NCBI RefSeq assembly: GCF_049667165.1
Contig: NZ_JBATHS010000028.1
Span: forward strand, 20,591-84,590
DNA: 64,000 bases
Direction of reading: 5' to 3'
Source of the DNA: Maribacter sp.
GTDB lineage: Bacteria > Bacteroidota > Bacteroidia > Flavobacteriales > Flavobacteriaceae
In this document: positions 48,078 through 60,657 of the stretch, one piece after another
Numbering within the stretch: the stretch's first letter is position 1
How the letters are laid out: every line of letters begins with the position of its first letter
Notes under the pieces: model-generated
Told to the model about the DNA's origin: nothing
What the model saw: the letters and a program-made list of their open reading frames with translations, nothing else
Database searches by the model: none
Translations under genes and position numbers: made by a program

Positions 48078-49352
48078 ATGATCTGGATACTTGTTGTCGT
48101 CTTTGTAATTTGTTTGTTGTTACGATTTCCCATAGCATTTTCTTTAGGCCTCTCCTGTCTTGCTTATTTACTTATGAAAGGGATTCCGTTGATCATAATC
48201 CCAATGAAAATGTATTCTGGAATCGATGTGTTCGTGCTTTTGAGTATACCCGGATTTATTTTAGCGGGAAATTTAATGAACCGTGGGGGGTTGACGGAAA
48301 AAATCATTTCTTTTTGCAATCATCTCACAGGTCACGTTCGAGGAGGTTTGGCGTTGGCCAATATTGGGGCCTCCATGTTGTTTGCTGGTATTTCGGGTAC
48401 TGCAATTTCCGATACGGCAAGCATTGGTTCTGTCATGATACCTGCGATGAAAAAAGAAGGGTACGACGCTGACTTTTCATGTGCCATAACTGCTGCATCT
48501 TCTACTGTGGGGCCCATAATCCCTCCAAGTGTTCCAATGATCATTGCCGCTACCCTGAGTGGACTTTCTGTAGGTAGATTGTTTCTGGCAGGGGCGATTC
48601 CTGGTTTTTTATTGGGATTTGGATTGATGTTCGTGGCGTATTATATTTCTGTAAAAAAGAATTATCCAACTTTTCCAAAAAGCAATATTCGACAAATTCT
48701 AATAGGATTTTTAGATACATTTTGGTCCCTACTCATGACCTTTATCATTTTATTTGGGATAATAGGGGGTATCTTCACTCCGACTGAAGCCTCTATAATT
48801 GCAGTATTTTATGCCATGCTGATCGGTGTTTTCGTTTATAGGAAGTTGAACTTCAAAAACATTATGGTCATCGTTTTGGATTCGATGAAAACATCGGCTT
48901 CCCTAATGGTCTTGATCGGTTTTGCCAACCTTTTTGGTTGGATCCTCATTACAGAACAATTGCCCCAAATCATTTCGAGCGAAATACTCAATTTTTCGGA
49001 AAACAAGTATGTGGTTCTACTTTTGATCAATCTATTATTGATATTGGTTGGCACCTTTATGGAAACCATCGCCGCTCTCTTGATCTTATTTCCTATTCTT
49101 TTGAAAGTAGCCATTGGTGTAGACGTAGACCCCATTCACTTTGCAGTAATTGCACTACTCAACCTAATGATAGGGTTAACCACCCCACCCCTTGGGGTTT
49201 GCCTTTTTGTTTCGGCAAGTATTGGCAAGGTATCAATAGGTGCGGTAAGCAAGGCAGGAATACCATTTCTTATCGTGAGCCTAATCGTTTTGACCATCGT
49301 CACCTTATTCCCTGAAGTGTCACTTTTTCTCCCAAATCTTTTTATGGATTAA
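48078..49352 (+). CDS. TRAP transporter large permease subunit (DctM family)
   Basis: 424 aa, polytopic, DctM-like in size and pattern (LSIPGFILAGNLMNRGG...). Confidence 0.85.
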   Translation: MIWILVVVFVICLLLRFPIAFSLGLSCLAYLLMKGIPLIIIPMKMYSGIDVFVLLSIPGFILAGNLMNRGGLTEKIISFCNHLTGHVRGGLALANIGASMLFAGISGTAISDTASIGSVMIPAMKKEGYDADFSCAITAASSTVGPIIPPSVPMIIAATLSGLSVGRLFLAGAIPGFLLGFGLMFVAYYISVKKNYPTFPKSNIRQILIGFLDTFWSLLMTFIILFGIIGGIFTPTEASIIAVFYAMLIGVFVYRKLNFKNIMVIVLDSMKTSASLMVLIGFANLFGWILITEQLPQIISSEILNFSENKYVVLLLINLLLILVGTFMETIAALLILFPILLKVAIGVDVDPIHFAVIALLNLMIGLTTPPLGVCLFVSASIGKVSIGAVSKAGIPFLIVSLIVLTIVTLFPEVSLFLPNLFMD

Positions 49353-49421
49353 GTGAAAGGGTGAAGCCATCTTTAGGATTTTAACGAATCTGACAAAGTT
49401 CCGGTTATGCAGTTAACAAAA

Positions 49422-52661
<3,240 letters not shown>

Positions 52662-52690
52662 TTATATATAGATTACTTTTTCAATTTTAC

Positions 52691-54154
52691 TTATTCAATC
52701 TTAAATGTCTCCTCAAATTGAGCCATGTTCTTTTCCTTCCAAATCGTGCTTAATTCTTCAGGATCGAACCATTGGGGTTCAGTATGGGTTTTGCTCCATT
52801 TTTCAGCTTCAAAAACCATTTTAGCGAGCTGCTCGGGATAATTAGCACTCAAATCAGTCTGTTCGCCCAAATCTTCTTCGATATTATAGAGTTTCCAGTT
52901 ATTTTGATTGGTCTTTAACGCTTTCCATTGATCTTGTCTAACACCTACATCGCTGTATCCTTCCCGATGTCTAAGTACATAGATCATTTCACCTTTTCTA
53001 GGATTTTGTCCTTGGCTGAAAGTCGGCCAAATATCCTTACCATCCAATTCTTTTCCTGCTGGTAATTCAGCCTGTGCCAATTTGGCGAATGTTGGGTAGA
53101 AATCAAGGGCCGAAATGGGATAGGGAAACGTTTTTCCACTTGCAACCTTCCCTGGCCAATGAAAGAACATGGGTACTCGATACCCACCCTCACAGGCACT
53201 TCCTTTACCTTCCCTAAGGGGGAAATTCGTTGCGCCTTTGGTGAGTTTACCGCCGTTATCGCTTAAAAATACGATCAGGGTGTTTTCATATTCCCCTTTT
53301 TCCTTAAGGGCTGTAACAACTTCGCCAACCCCTCTATCTACGGCATATACCATGGCGGCATAAGTGCGGCGTTTTTCATCTTTAATATGATCGAATTTTT
53401 TCAGGTCTTCTGCCTTGGCCTCTAAAGGAACGTGAGGTGCATTGTAGGCCAAATAAAGAAAAAATGGATTTTCTTTTTTACTTGCGCTTCGTACAAATTC
53501 GACCGCCTTATGAGAAAGTTCATCCGTAAGATATTCTGATGGGTTTTCCACAATTTCACCATTTAGTTCCAAAGGTTTTAGATAATCGAAAATAACCTCT
53601 TTCCCCTGTGCCTTTTGTTCATTGTAGGCAGCGGTATATTGCTCGGGGAAATAGTTATGTCCTCCCCCTAGAAATCCATAGAAATAATCGAAGCCTCTTT
53701 TGTTGGGATGGTAATCGGGCTCTGGCCCTAAATGCCATTTGCCAATGGCGCCTGTGTAATACCCTGCCTCTTGCAGTACCTTGCTAAAAAAGGTTTCTTT
53801 CAATGAAATGCCTTTACCAACAGTGACCTCACTATTTGCGGGTAGATTGAATTGCGAGCCGAACGTATGGGGGTACTTTCCTGTCATCAAGGCTGCCCTA
53901 CTCGGACCACAGAATGGATGCGCCACATAACCTGAGGTCATGATAGTACCGTTAAAGGCTAATTTGTCGATTTCGGGGGTCGGAATGTCTTTGGCACCAT
54001 TGAACCCAACGTCTGAATACCCAAGGTCGTCGCACATAATGACCAAAATATTGGGCCGTTGATCTTCTACTTTTGCGGTTTGTAGGTTTTTATCTTGATT
54101 TTTACATGAAATCGAAAACGCAATAACAAACAGTAGTAATTGAATGAATTTCAT
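52691..54154 (-). CDS. S1 sulfatase, lipoprotein
   Basis: 487 aa with a lipobox (FSISC), the metal site VIMCDDLGYSD and the FGly motif CGPSRAALMTGK. Confidence 0.9.
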   Translation of the reverse strand: MKFIQLLLFVIAFSISCKNQDKNLQTAKVEDQRPNILVIMCDDLGYSDVGFNGAKDIPTPEIDKLAFNGTIMTSGYVAHPFCGPSRAALMTGKYPHTFGSQFNLPANSEVTVGKGISLKETFFSKVLQEAGYYTGAIGKWHLGPEPDYHPNKRGFDYFYGFLGGGHNYFPEQYTAAYNEQKAQGKEVIFDYLKPLELNGEIVENPSEYLTDELSHKAVEFVRSASKKENPFFLYLAYNAPHVPLEAKAEDLKKFDHIKDEKRRTYAAMVYAVDRGVGEVVTALKEKGEYENTLIVFLSDNGGKLTKGATNFPLREGKGSACEGGYRVPMFFHWPGKVASGKTFPYPISALDFYPTFAKLAQAELPAGKELDGKDIWPTFSQGQNPRKGEMIYVLRHREGYSDVGVRQDQWKALKTNQNNWKLYNIEEDLGEQTDLSANYPEQLAKMVFEAEKWSKTHTEPQWFDPEELSTIWKEKNMAQFEETFKIE

Positions 54155-54181
54155 TAGGTTATTATTTAATAATAGTTATCG

Positions 54182-55300
54182 TTAAAGTCTATCTTGATTT
54201 TGATTGTAGAATTCCTGAATGTTATTCTTCTGCACATTCGATAGTTTTTTATACGCCAAAAACCAATATGCCTTTCTGGCGATTATAAAACTACTGTTGT
54301 CCAATAACAATGTAACACGATCTAAAATAGTTGGGTCATTTGATTTTGCGTATTCCAAAATGTTCAAAATCAAATCTATTTCCTGAAAAGATTTCAGATT
54401 GGCAATATCAATGGTCAATGTATTATAAAAATCCGGATTGCCGATTTTCTCTACACTTGCTATGGAATTCAAAAAAAGAATCCTATTCGCATCACTCCCT
54501 TTGCTATAGAGTTGTTTCATCGTTTCAATATAAAGCTCCCGTGGGGCATTTTCAACATATTCAATGGCAAGGCGATTTACTTCTTTAGATGCTTTTGGGG
54601 CGATTTTCACTAGGGCATCAAGTAGGGGTTGGGTGTATGCGTTACGGCGAATCAATTCATGAAGCACAAATTTCTGATGCTTCGGATTCGTAGCACCTAA
54701 ACCAGTAATGATTTGCTGCGTCGTTAGAAAACTGCCCGATATTCGCTGCACTTCCTGAACGATCTCACCATTTGCCCAGTGCCAAAGCGTAAAGCAGGTC
54801 CATGCTGCCCCAACAACGGTTTCCCCATTTTTCAATACGGTCTCCGTGGCGCCCGATACAGCATCTACTTGACCCTCTCCTACGACCTTTTCGTGGGTTA
54901 TTTCATAGTATGAAATGTCTTTATAGGGCGAATTCCTGTCCATTAATATTTTCTGCAGCAATTGATAATCTTCCTCATTAAAAGGCTCTCCTTCTCCTTT
55001 CTCTAGGCGAACACCTTTATCCAATTCATAGCTGACATATTCCCCGTAGGTATTCCAAAAAAGACGTACTGGAACAATTTTACAAAGATGGTCGATACAA
55101 ATAACCGATTCCACTTCAAGATAAAATTCCGACGGGTTGTTTTTTCTTCTGATTTCTTTCAATACAAAATCCTTCGAAGTTCCTTCCTCAAAAGCAGGAT
55201 GGCTCACCACCACCTTATGGTCTACCACCTCTTCTTGGGCAACATTGAACGCCAAAAAGACAACAATAAAAAGGATTATGTGTTTTAAGAAAATCACCAT
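54182..55300 (-). CDS. Secreted FMN_bind-like protein (SGAT motif) with a helical-repeat C-terminal half; paralog of 34173-35291
   Basis: 372 aa with a signal peptide and VDAVSGATETV. It shares the CxDxxC (ICIDHLC) and C..WH (CFTLWHWANG) features with the paralog. It starts 4 nt after the stop of the FAD-oxidoreductase. Confidence 0.5.
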   Translation of the reverse strand: MVIFLKHIILFIVVFLAFNVAQEEVVDHKVVVSHPAFEEGTSKDFVLKEIRRKNNPSEFYLEVESVICIDHLCKIVPVRLFWNTYGEYVSYELDKGVRLEKGEGEPFNEEDYQLLQKILMDRNSPYKDISYYEITHEKVVGEGQVDAVSGATETVLKNGETVVGAAWTCFTLWHWANGEIVQEVQRISGSFLTTQQIITGLGATNPKHQKFVLHELIRRNAYTQPLLDALVKIAPKASKEVNRLAIEYVENAPRELYIETMKQLYSKGSDANRILFLNSIASVEKIGNPDFYNTLTIDIANLKSFQEIDLILNILEYAKSNDPTILDRVTLLLDNSSFIIARKAYWFLAYKKLSNVQKNNIQEFYNQNQDRL

Positions 55301-55303
55301 ACA

Positions 55304-57220
55304 TCAATAACATCTAATTTCAAATAACTTGACATGGCCTGCGCCGTAGGTTTCGGTCATTTTTAGTCTGATTGCGGTAATCTTGGTACTATCAAATTTA
55401 AATTTGATCAAGCGGGTTCTATTGCTTTCGATTGTTCCAAGATTGGTCCATTTTCCATTCGCCCGTCCTTCTAATATTATAGATTTCAGCATTTCTTTAG
55501 GGACACCATTGCTGTATAACTCATCATTTCTGCTATCCTTGCGCATCATGATGTTTCGTTTCACATTGGTATCGCATTTCAGTTCAACGGCGGATAATGC
55601 TATTGGTGACTCCCATTCCATTTGAAGTTCGGCCGGTAATCCGTCTGATTGCCAATGGTTGATTTTCCCATCAATATCCCTTGAGATGCCATTGGTTAAA
55701 AACATGGCATCTCCCGATGCCGTCGTCGAGCCAAAAATCAAACTTGCTTTTTTGGCCAAATCCAAAGGGTCGTTCGCAGGTCTTTTCGGAATAAAAACAT
55801 CATCCCTTAATAATCGTTCCTGCAACTCTTTAATATGTTTTTGGGCTACTTCCCGGGGAAGTATATTTTTCCTGTTGCAAATAGTAGCTGCCGTCCCTAC
55901 GGCCTGACCCTGCAAGGCACATGTGGCCATAATCCGGCTTGAAGACAATGCGATATGTGTTTGACTTACATTACGGCCTGCGAACATTAAATTGGGTACA
56001 TTTTTGGAGTACAGACTTCGAAAGGGAAATTGATATACCTGTTCAAAATGATGATGGAAATAACTTGGTGGTTCCGATATGTCATCGATACCTCCTGGAT
56101 TGTGTTCATCCAAAGACCAACCTCCAAAAGCTACGGCATCTTCAAAATGCCTGTATTCTGTCATATCCCTTTCAGAGACAATGTAATCCCCGATAAAACG
56201 TCGTGATTCCCTTCTGCCGGGTAGGGAACCTACCCAATCCAACGCTAAATTTTCAGCTTCCGGAAAATTCCCAGAGTTTTTAATATAGTCCCAAACACCA
56301 TGTAAATACCCCATTAATTTATGTCTGTTCACCTCAAAATCCCCGATGATATCGTCATCACTCCCAATTTCGATCCACCAAATTCCATCTTGAAATCCAG
56401 CAAATTTTCGTCTTTTGCTTGCCCCTTCATGAGTATACTTTATGGCATAGGAAGGGGGGGTGTATTTCATGGGTCTTCCCATATCTTTCGAGGACATTAA
56501 GAGCGTAGCGCCCATTTGCCAACCATCCGGCGCATCAGGGGCGTAGGTTTCGTTGAATTCCGATTTTCCTTCCCGTCCTGTTCTGTATTCCGCACCTGCC
56601 GTTGCGGCCAATAAACCATCCCCAGAGCAATCTATGAATATGGGTGCATTGATGGTATATAAAATTTCTGTTGTTCCTTGCCAACATAATGCCGATTTAA
56701 TCGTATCCCCTTGCATTATAGCTTCAATAGCTTGGGTATTCAGCATCAAGGTTAAATTCGGCTCCCTGACTACAAAATCATATAGAACATGGTCAAAAAC
56801 CGGATACGATTCCTGTTCATTTTCGAATCGATTATGTAAAAGTATTTCCTCAATTATACCCGTTTCCCGTTCGGCTTTGCCTTTTATATCATTTACGCCA
56901 TTTAAATGTACCCGCATTTCACTCGAGGCATTTCCGCCTAAAACAGGTCTGTCTTGGACCAAAACCGTTTTTGACCCATTTCTTGCCGCTGCAACGGCCG
57001 CACAAATGCCCGCTGCTCCGCCGCCTATAACGGCCACATCATAAACCATAGTTTTCTTTCTTGAAGGCACGCCCGTTTTCCCAGTCCCCAAATGATACCA
57101 TTTATCATTTTCACGATCTGCCAATCCCTCACAATTATCTTGGGTAATACGGGTAATAGGAATAATACTGGCCCCAACCGCTGCGTTAGCCGCTTTTTTG
57201 AAAAATTTTCTTCTTTCCAT
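55304..57220 (-). CDS. Tat-exported FAD-dependent oxidoreductase (PF12831-like) with a C-terminal discoidin/F5-8-like domain
   Basis: The likely start is MERRKFFKKAANAAVGASI at 57220 (twin-arginine signal). It has the dinucleotide fold YDVAVIGGGAAGICAAVAAARNG and DRPVLGGNAS, plus a C-terminal ~170-aa beta-sandwich ending in FEIRCY. Confidence 0.75.
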   Translation of the reverse strand: MERRKFFKKAANAAVGASIIPITRITQDNCEGLADRENDKWYHLGTGKTGVPSRKKTMVYDVAVIGGGAAGICAAVAAARNGSKTVLVQDRPVLGGNASSEMRVHLNGVNDIKGKAERETGIIEEILLHNRFENEQESYPVFDHVLYDFVVREPNLTLMLNTQAIEAIMQGDTIKSALCWQGTTEILYTINAPIFIDCSGDGLLAATAGAEYRTGREGKSEFNETYAPDAPDGWQMGATLLMSSKDMGRPMKYTPPSYAIKYTHEGASKRRKFAGFQDGIWWIEIGSDDDIIGDFEVNRHKLMGYLHGVWDYIKNSGNFPEAENLALDWVGSLPGRRESRRFIGDYIVSERDMTEYRHFEDAVAFGGWSLDEHNPGGIDDISEPPSYFHHHFEQVYQFPFRSLYSKNVPNLMFAGRNVSQTHIALSSSRIMATCALQGQAVGTAATICNRKNILPREVAQKHIKELQERLLRDDVFIPKRPANDPLDLAKKASLIFGSTTASGDAMFLTNGISRDIDGKINHWQSDGLPAELQMEWESPIALSAVELKCDTNVKRNIMMRKDSRNDELYSNGVPKEMLKSIILEGRANGKWTNLGTIESNRTRLIKFKFDSTKITAIRLKMTETYGAGHVKLFEIRCY

Positions 57221-57237
57221 GCCGTTGCTATTTGTAC

Positions 57238-58890
57238 TTAAGAACCAACTTTTGGTCCGACTTTGTTTTTTGGCAAATTCCCCTTCCAACCTTTGTCGAA
57301 TTGAGCCATTAATTCGGCCACCAATTCGGGATTATCACCTGCAATATTGTTGGTTTCGGTAGGGTCTACTGAATGATCATATAACTCTAAAAAAAGAGGT
57401 TCTTTTTTTAGATCTGCCCGGTCTTTCCAAACTATAAAACGATATCGCTCCGTTCTCATAGCGTATCCCATGAGCGTATTTTCGAACAATTCGCGGTCCC
57501 ACTTTTCTTTTTGTTGATCAATAATACGGGCTTCAACTTCCTCAATCAAGGGGCCGAAAAAGGTCTCACGCATTGCTGGTCTTAACGGATATGCACCCCA
57601 TTCACGCAAGGCGGGTGTGGGGAATTGACTAAAAACGGCCGATTTCCAATCCAAGTTTGGATTATTGAGCAAGGGTTTAAAGCTATAACCTTCAACATGA
57701 TTTGGCACTTCAATACCCGCGAGATCACAAAGGGTTGGGTATATATCGACCAACTCAACCAGAGCATTGGTTGTACTGCCCTGATTTTTTTCAGGAATAT
57801 CCGGTGTCCATATCATCATGGGAACACGGGTTGCAATTTCGTAATTGGTCGCTTTCCCCCAAATACCCATTTCACCTAGATGCCAACCATGATCGCCCCA
57901 AAGTACAATAATGGTATTGTCCCTAATTCCGGCATCAGCCAACGCATCGATCATTCTTCCTAGTTGTGCATCGACATAGCTTACACATGCTAAATAGGCA
58001 TGCTTTAAGGTTGTTGAAAGTTCTTTATCCAAATCCCCGAATTTTGGAATTCCGCTTCTTACCCGTAATTCAAAAGAAGGATGCAGTCCCATTGCCGCAC
58101 CATTGATCGGCGCTTTGGTTTGGGCTGTTGATTTAATTTTGTTTTCATCGTATAAATCCCAATATTTTTTGGGTGCTACCCAATTTAAATGCGGTTTATT
58201 AAAACCTAAAGCCAGAAAAAAAGGCTTGTCTTCTTTCACCATTTCTTTCATGGTCTCAATGGCCAAATCGGTGTTCAGGCCATCAGCATATGTATTGTCC
58301 GGAACATCGGCGGATTCAAAGGCCGGACCCATCGCCAGACCGTATTTGGCGACGTCTCCATATTTAGCGAACATTTCTTTACGTGTCTCCTCCCTTATTC
58401 TTTGATTTTCCGGAAGCGCAAACGGAACAGGTTTTTTATCCGTTTTTAGCTGCGGTCTATTCCAAGAAATTTCATCTTCATCTCCATGATGAAAGATTTT
58501 CCCATAATAAACGGTTTGATAACCCTTTGAAGCAAACTGTTGGGCTATTGTGTTTACCTCAGGTAGTTTTTCCCTAAAGCGTATATAATTGTGAATTACA
58601 CCACTGGTTGAAGGACGAACGCCCGTCATTAAACTAGCCCTTGATGGTCCACAGATGGCTTGTTGACAAAAGGCGTTATTGAATAATAAACCTTGATTTG
58701 CAAGTTTGTCCATATTTGGACTTATCGCAATATCAGAGCCATAACATCCCAACTCTGGACGTAAATCGTCAATGGCAATAAAAAGAATATTTGGCTTTGG
58801 TTTTGTTTGGGACGAACCCCCTTCTTCCCCTTCAGATTTGCATCCGAGGATAATCGATAAAACACATAGAAGAATACATAGCCTACCCAT
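57238..58890 (-). CDS. S1 sulfatase (iduronate-2-sulfatase-like), lipoprotein
   Basis: The internal Met at 58890 gives MGRLCILLCVLSIILGC (lipobox); the tracker N-terminal extension would overlap the upstream gene. It has the metal site FIAIDDLRPELG and the FGly motif CGPSRASLMTG. Confidence 0.85.
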   Translation of the reverse strand: MGRLCILLCVLSIILGCKSEGEEGGSSQTKPKPNILFIAIDDLRPELGCYGSDIAISPNMDKLANQGLLFNNAFCQQAICGPSRASLMTGVRPSTSGVIHNYIRFREKLPEVNTIAQQFASKGYQTVYYGKIFHHGDEDEISWNRPQLKTDKKPVPFALPENQRIREETRKEMFAKYGDVAKYGLAMGPAFESADVPDNTYADGLNTDLAIETMKEMVKEDKPFFLALGFNKPHLNWVAPKKYWDLYDENKIKSTAQTKAPINGAAMGLHPSFELRVRSGIPKFGDLDKELSTTLKHAYLACVSYVDAQLGRMIDALADAGIRDNTIIVLWGDHGWHLGEMGIWGKATNYEIATRVPMMIWTPDIPEKNQGSTTNALVELVDIYPTLCDLAGIEVPNHVEGYSFKPLLNNPNLDWKSAVFSQFPTPALREWGAYPLRPAMRETFFGPLIEEVEARIIDQQKEKWDRELFENTLMGYAMRTERYRFIVWKDRADLKKEPLFLELYDHSVDPTETNNIAGDNPELVAELMAQFDKGWKGNLPKNKVGPKVGS

Positions 58891-58897
58891 GGGTATC

Positions 58898-60577
58898 TTA
58901 ATTTTTTTGTTTTGCCCTATTGCCTTTCCAACCTTTATTGAATTGGACAAGAAGGGTATTGACCAATTTCGGATTTTGACCGGCAATGTTCACCGTTTCA
59001 TTCGGGTCTGTCTCATGGTCGAACAATTCAATAAAAATAGGTTCGCTTGCAGGTTGGGTATAATCTTTCCAGACAATTAATCGATACTGCTCCGTTCGCA
59101 TGGCATATCCCATAAGATTGTTTTCGAAGAGATTACGATCCCATTTTTCTTTTTGCTGTTCAATGATGCGTGCCTCAACTTCTTCGATCAATGGTCCAAA
59201 ATACGTTTCGCGCATTCCTTGGGAAAGTGGGTTGGCGGCCCACTCCCTTAAAGCAGGGGTTGGGAACTGGCTGAATGCGGCATCTTTCCATTCAAGCTCG
59301 GGATTGGTAAGCAACGGCACAAAACTTTGGCCTTCCAGATGGCCAGGTAACGAAATTCCCGTCAATTCGCATAAGGTCGGATAAATGTCTACCAGTTCAA
59401 CCAAGGCATTTGTCTTTTTGCCACGGTTTTCTTTAAGCATGTCGGGCGTCCAGATCATCATCGGGACCCTGGTTGAAATCTCATAATTAGTGGCCTTGCC
59501 CCAAATACCCATTTCGCCCAAATGCCATCCGTGATCGCTCCATACCACGATTATAGTATTGTCCCGAATGCCGGCTTCATCAAGGGCGGCAATCATTTTC
59601 CCGATTTGGGCATCTACATAACTTACACAGGCCAAATAAGCATGTTTTAATGTTTTGGCCAACTCATCATCAATTGGCCCTTTTTTAGGAATGCCACTTC
59701 TAACCCGAAGTTCAAAGGAAGGGTGCAGCCCCATTTCCGCCCCATTGATGGGGGCTGTCGTTTGTGTCGTAAGTTTAATACTGTCCCTGTTATATAGATC
59801 CCAATACTTCTTAGGGGCCAACCAATCCAAATGGGGTTTTTTCATGCCCAATCCCAGAAAAAAGGGTTTGTCCGGATTTTTTTCAAGCATGTCCTTTAAA
59901 GTGGCAATGGCCAATTCTGTATTATACCCATCTTCATAGATATAGTCAGGTACATCCGCACTTTCATAGGCAGGGCCTTTTCCCAAACCCCTTTTTGCAG
60001 CATCGGCGCCATATTTCGCGATCATTTCGGCCTTGTTCTCCCGATACATTTCCTGATTTTCGGGAAGGGCAAAACCTCCTGGAGTTTGTGTAGGTTTAAT
60101 TTTCATTTTATCCAGTGCCGGTGCCCTGCTCCAAGAGAGTTCGCCATCACCAAACTCGGTATTGTGGTAAATTTTACCTGTATACGCCGTTTCATAGCCA
60201 TTCGCCCAAAAATGTTGGGGTAGTGTAATGATATCGGGATTAGCATCCCGGAAATAGGTATAGTTTTCTATTACGCCAATCGTTTCTGGCCGGGCCCCGG
60301 TCATTAGACTGGCCCTCGAAGGACTACAAATGGCCTGTTGGCAGTAAGCTCTTTCAAATTGGAGTCCGTCTGAGGCCAATCGGTCCAAATTAGGGGTCAC
60401 CGCAATATCAGAGCCATAGGAACCCAGTTCAGGACGTAGATCATCTATGGCAATGAATAGGATATTTGGTTTGTTCTTTATGACTTCCTTTTTGTCTTCT
60501 TTAGGCTTACAACTACATACCGATACAAGAAGCATTAGAATACCTATGCTTTTTCTTAAACTTATTTTCTTATACAT
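58898..60577 (-). CDS. S1 sulfatase (iduronate-2-sulfatase-like), tandem paralog
   Basis: 559 aa with a lipobox-like SVCSC, the metal site FIAIDDLRPELG and the FGly motif CSPSRASLMTG. It is collinear with 57238-58890 along its whole length. Confidence 0.9.
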   Translation of the reverse strand: MYKKISLRKSIGILMLLVSVCSCKPKEDKKEVIKNKPNILFIAIDDLRPELGSYGSDIAVTPNLDRLASDGLQFERAYCQQAICSPSRASLMTGARPETIGVIENYTYFRDANPDIITLPQHFWANGYETAYTGKIYHNTEFGDGELSWSRAPALDKMKIKPTQTPGGFALPENQEMYRENKAEMIAKYGADAAKRGLGKGPAYESADVPDYIYEDGYNTELAIATLKDMLEKNPDKPFFLGLGMKKPHLDWLAPKKYWDLYNRDSIKLTTQTTAPINGAEMGLHPSFELRVRSGIPKKGPIDDELAKTLKHAYLACVSYVDAQIGKMIAALDEAGIRDNTIIVVWSDHGWHLGEMGIWGKATNYEISTRVPMMIWTPDMLKENRGKKTNALVELVDIYPTLCELTGISLPGHLEGQSFVPLLTNPELEWKDAAFSQFPTPALREWAANPLSQGMRETYFGPLIEEVEARIIEQQKEKWDRNLFENNLMGYAMRTEQYRLIVWKDYTQPASEPIFIELFDHETDPNETVNIAGQNPKLVNTLLVQFNKGWKGNRAKQKN

Positions 60578-60657
60578 TTTTTGAACTTTTCACGATTACT
60601 TTTTATGTTATAAAACAGGTAAGACATGAAACTAAAAATAAAGCATTTTCATAATAT

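Noticed and set aside
58891-58986. The N-terminal extension of the 57238 sulfatase ORF (MPVKIRNWSIPF...), which overlaps the upstream sulfatase.
   Set aside because: The extension is not signal-peptide-like and overlaps the paralog by 89 nt. The internal Met at 58890 gives a canonical lipoprotein signal 7 nt after the upstream stop.
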